Made by a program: the position numbers and the translations under genes. The notes beneath the pieces are model-generated. The model was not told the DNA's origin. It did no database searches and worked only from the letters and a program-made list of their open reading frames with translations. From the NCBI GenBank assembly GCA_963674945.2, contig CAXXWQ010000004.1, positions 2,208,001 through 2,272,000 of the forward strand: a stretch of DNA of 64,000 nt, in the 5' to 3' direction. Positions 61,637 through 64,000 of the stretch are shown piece after piece. The first letter of the stretch is position 1. Every line of letters begins with the position of its first letter. Source of the DNA: an uncultured Desulfosarcina sp. (GTDB lineage: Bacteria; Desulfobacterota; Desulfobacteria; Desulfobacterales; Desulfosarcinaceae).

Positions 61637-62743
61637 ATGGGGTTGACCCTGCAGAATGTCAGAAAGATTGTCGGCCAAGAGACGCATCTTTACGATATCA
61701 ACCTTGATTTTGCTTCCGGTTCCCGCAATGTGTTGCTGGGCCGTACACTGGCCGGAAAGACATCCCTTTTGCGTATCATGGCCGGTTTGGATCGACCGAC
61801 CCGTGGGAATATTCGGATCGACGGGCAGGATGTGACCGGTGTTTCCGTCAGGAAACGCAGTGTTGCCATGGTGTACCAGCAATTCATCAACTACCCCTCG
61901 CTGACCGTTTACGACAATATCGCCTCGCCGCTTAAAATCGGCGGCCTGCCGAAAAAGGAGATCGATCGGCGCGTCCGCGAAACGGCGCGGATGCTTCATC
62001 TGGAGGATCTGCTGGACCGCCTCCCCGCACACCTTTCCGGTGGCCAGCAGCAGCGCACCGCCATTGCCCGTGCGCTGGTCAAAGAAGCCCAATTGCTTCT
62101 CTTGGACGAACCGCTGGTCAACCTCGACTACAAACTGCGCGAAGAGTTGCGGGTGGAATTGCAGGAAATCTTTCGAAAACGATCGGCCATCGTGGTCTAT
62201 ACGACCACGGAACCGTCTGAAGCCCTGATGCTGGGCGGCAACATCGTTCTTCTCGATGAAGGGCGTGTCTTGCAGTCCGGTGCCACGGCTTTGGTGTATC
62301 AACATCCCGAAACCCTCAAGGCGGCGGAGGTCATCAGCGACCCGCCCATCAACGCCCTGGAAAGCCGGGTCACCGGCGAAAAGGCGTTCATGGGGGAGGA
62401 TATCGGTATCCCTTTGACCGGCCATCTGGCAGGTCTTGCCGAAGGATCATACCGCTTCGCCTTTCGGTCCAACCACCTGTGGCTGGATCGCCATAAAAGC
62501 GGTGATATTCCCATCAGCGGAAGGGTCGACATGTCGGAAATCAACGGCAGCGAAACCTTTGTCTATGTCAATCACGGGGGCAGTTCCTTCGTGGTGCAGC
62601 AGGAGGGGGTTCACCCGTTTGCCATGGGAAGTCCGATCACCGTCTACATCGACCCCGACCGTCTCTTTGTCTACGACACCGATGGACGGATAGTTGCCGC
62701 ACCGACGCATAAGGAGTATGGAGAACCCCATGGCCCGCATTGA
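61637..62743 (+). CDS. CUT1 ABC transporter ATP-binding subunit 1 (glycerol GlpS-like)
   Basis: GRTLAGKT, VYQQFINYP, LSGGQQQR, DEPLVNLDYKLRE; next to glpR. Confidence 0.88.
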   Translation: MGLTLQNVRKIVGQETHLYDINLDFASGSRNVLLGRTLAGKTSLLRIMAGLDRPTRGNIRIDGQDVTGVSVRKRSVAMVYQQFINYPSLTVYDNIASPLKIGGLPKKEIDRRVRETARMLHLEDLLDRLPAHLSGGQQQRTAIARALVKEAQLLLLDEPLVNLDYKLREELRVELQEIFRKRSAIVVYTTTEPSEALMLGGNIVLLDEGRVLQSGATALVYQHPETLKAAEVISDPPINALESRVTGEKAFMGEDIGIPLTGHLAGLAEGSYRFAFRSNHLWLDRHKSGDIPISGRVDMSEINGSETFVYVNHGGSSFVVQQEGVHPFAMGSPITVYIDPDRLFVYDTDGRIVAAPTHKEYGEPHGPH

Positions 62744-63815
62744 ATTTGACCGGATTGCCCATAGCTACCTGTCAAAACCGAAATCCATGGCCGATTACGC
62801 ACTCAAACAGATCGATACCGTATGGCAGGACGGAGGGGCCTACGCCCTGCTCGGTCCATCGGGATGCGGTAAAACCACGCTGCTCAATGTCATTTCCGGA
62901 CTGCTCAAGCCCAGTCGGGGTCGAGTGCGCTACGACGGTGTCGACGTCACCGATCTGCCGCCGGAAAAGCGTAACATCGCCCAGGTGTTTCAATTCCCGG
63001 TACTCTACGACACCATGACGGTCTTCGACAATCTGGCTTTTCCGCTGAGAAATCGCGGGTTCAAGGCCGAGGTTACCACCCGCCGGGTTCATGAGGTCGC
63101 CGACATGCTGGATCTGACCCCTGACCTGAACAAGCGGGCGGCCGGGCTGAGCGCCGATGCCAAGCAGAAGATATCCCTTGGGCGCGGGCTGGTACGAAGC
63201 GATGTGGCGGCCATTCTTTTCGACGAACCGTTGACCGTCATCGATCCCCACCTGAAATGGCATCTTCGACGAAAGCTGAAAGAAGTTCACGAACAGCTGA
63301 AACTGACCCTGATCTATGTCACCCATGACCAGGTGGAAGCATTGACATTCGCCGATCAGGTCCTCTTGATGGTCGAGGGTGAAATCCTTCAGACCGGAAC
63401 GCCCGAAGAGCTGTTCGAAAATCCTCGACACAAATTCGTGGGCTACTTCATCGGCAGCCCCGGCATGAACTTTCTGCCCTGCACCTTAGCGGGCAACCAC
63501 GCCCGGGTCGACGATGTGGTCATCGCCCTGGATCCGGATACGGCAGCGCGTGGTGCCGACGCCAAGGGGAAACTGGAACTCGGGATCCGCCCCATGCATC
63601 TGATGGTGCACAGCACCCCCATCGACGACGGCGTGGCCGCGACCGTGAAGGCCGTGGAAGATCAAGGCGGTTTCAAAATCCTCACTCTGATGATGAATGC
63701 CCACATGTTGCGCGCCCGCATCCCGGAGGGGCATCCGGTCCCGGAATCGAAGGCATGGCTGACGTTTCCCCAAGATCGAACCAAACTTTTCGCCGACGAA
63801 CGGCTGGTTTCATAA
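62730..63815 (+). CDS. CUT1 ABC transporter ATP-binding subunit 2 (glycerol GlpT-like)
   Basis: GPSGCGKT, AQVFQFP, DEPLTVIDP, YVTHDQ, FIGSPGMN. Confidence 0.88.
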   Translation: MARIEFDRIAHSYLSKPKSMADYALKQIDTVWQDGGAYALLGPSGCGKTTLLNVISGLLKPSRGRVRYDGVDVTDLPPEKRNIAQVFQFPVLYDTMTVFDNLAFPLRNRGFKAEVTTRRVHEVADMLDLTPDLNKRAAGLSADAKQKISLGRGLVRSDVAAILFDEPLTVIDPHLKWHLRRKLKEVHEQLKLTLIYVTHDQVEALTFADQVLLMVEGEILQTGTPEELFENPRHKFVGYFIGSPGMNFLPCTLAGNHARVDDVVIALDPDTAARGADAKGKLELGIRPMHLMVHSTPIDDGVAATVKAVEDQGGFKILTLMMNAHMLRARIPEGHPVPESKAWLTFPQDRTKLFADERLVS

Positions 63816-63825
63816 AGGAGATGGA

Positions 63826-64000
63826 ATGGAAAAATGGCCAGATAACCGGGCATGGTTCCTGGTCCTGCCGGTCTTCGTGATTGTGGCCTTCAGTGCCATC
63901 ATTCCACTGATGACCGTCGTCAACTATTCGATCCAGGACATCTTCGGTCCGGGTAATGCGGTGTTTGTCGGGACCGAGTGGTTTAAGGATATGTTAACCG
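63826..64000 (+). CDS. Carbohydrate ABC permease, 5' part (runs off window)
   Basis: Hand translation MEKWPDNRAWFLVLPVFVIVAFSAIIPLMTVVNYSIQDIFG; AAGGAG RBS. Confidence 0.85.
   Translation, partial: MEKWPDNRAWFLVLPVFVIVAFSAIIPLMTVVNYSIQDIFGPGNAVFVGTEWFKDMLT

Noticed and set aside
1..64000. tRNA, rRNA, prophage or cas genes
   Set aside because: None recognised by eye; tRNAscan-SE and Infernal would be needed to exclude divergent RNAs

Overview
Chromosomal window from a GC-rich anaerobic Gram-negative bacterium. Gene content and repeat style suggest a Desulfobacterales/Desulfosarcina-like sulfate reducer (inference, not checked). Most of it is housekeeping: purF-like, glnS, ssb, rlmN, a TRAP transporter with panE/panB, pepN, ftsEX-envC-ctpA, pyrE, queD, dnaJ, ubiE/menG and a glycerol catabolic locus (glpABK, glpR, glycerol-type ABC transporter). 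The most unusual part is an AT-rich, minus-strand island at about 40.7-44.5 kb that reads as a decaying integron cassette array without an integrase. It has an attI-like site, two attC sites, a HEPN-motif cassette split by a 1406-bp IS4-family element with a 9-bp target duplication, an AhpD/CMD cassette, truncated hydrolase and GNAT cassettes, and an internally deleted Y1/RAYT-type transposase. Other signals: an un-called 59-aa PEP-CTERM-like microprotein behind a sigma54 promoter, a second sigma54 promoter with no nearby ORF, several nested dispersed palindromic repeat families with covarying stems (one supplies the queD stop codon), tandem YebG paralogs and an RND permease with an extra C-terminal module. 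No rRNA, tRNA or CRISPR array was seen. All family calls come from motif recognition by eye; no database search was run.
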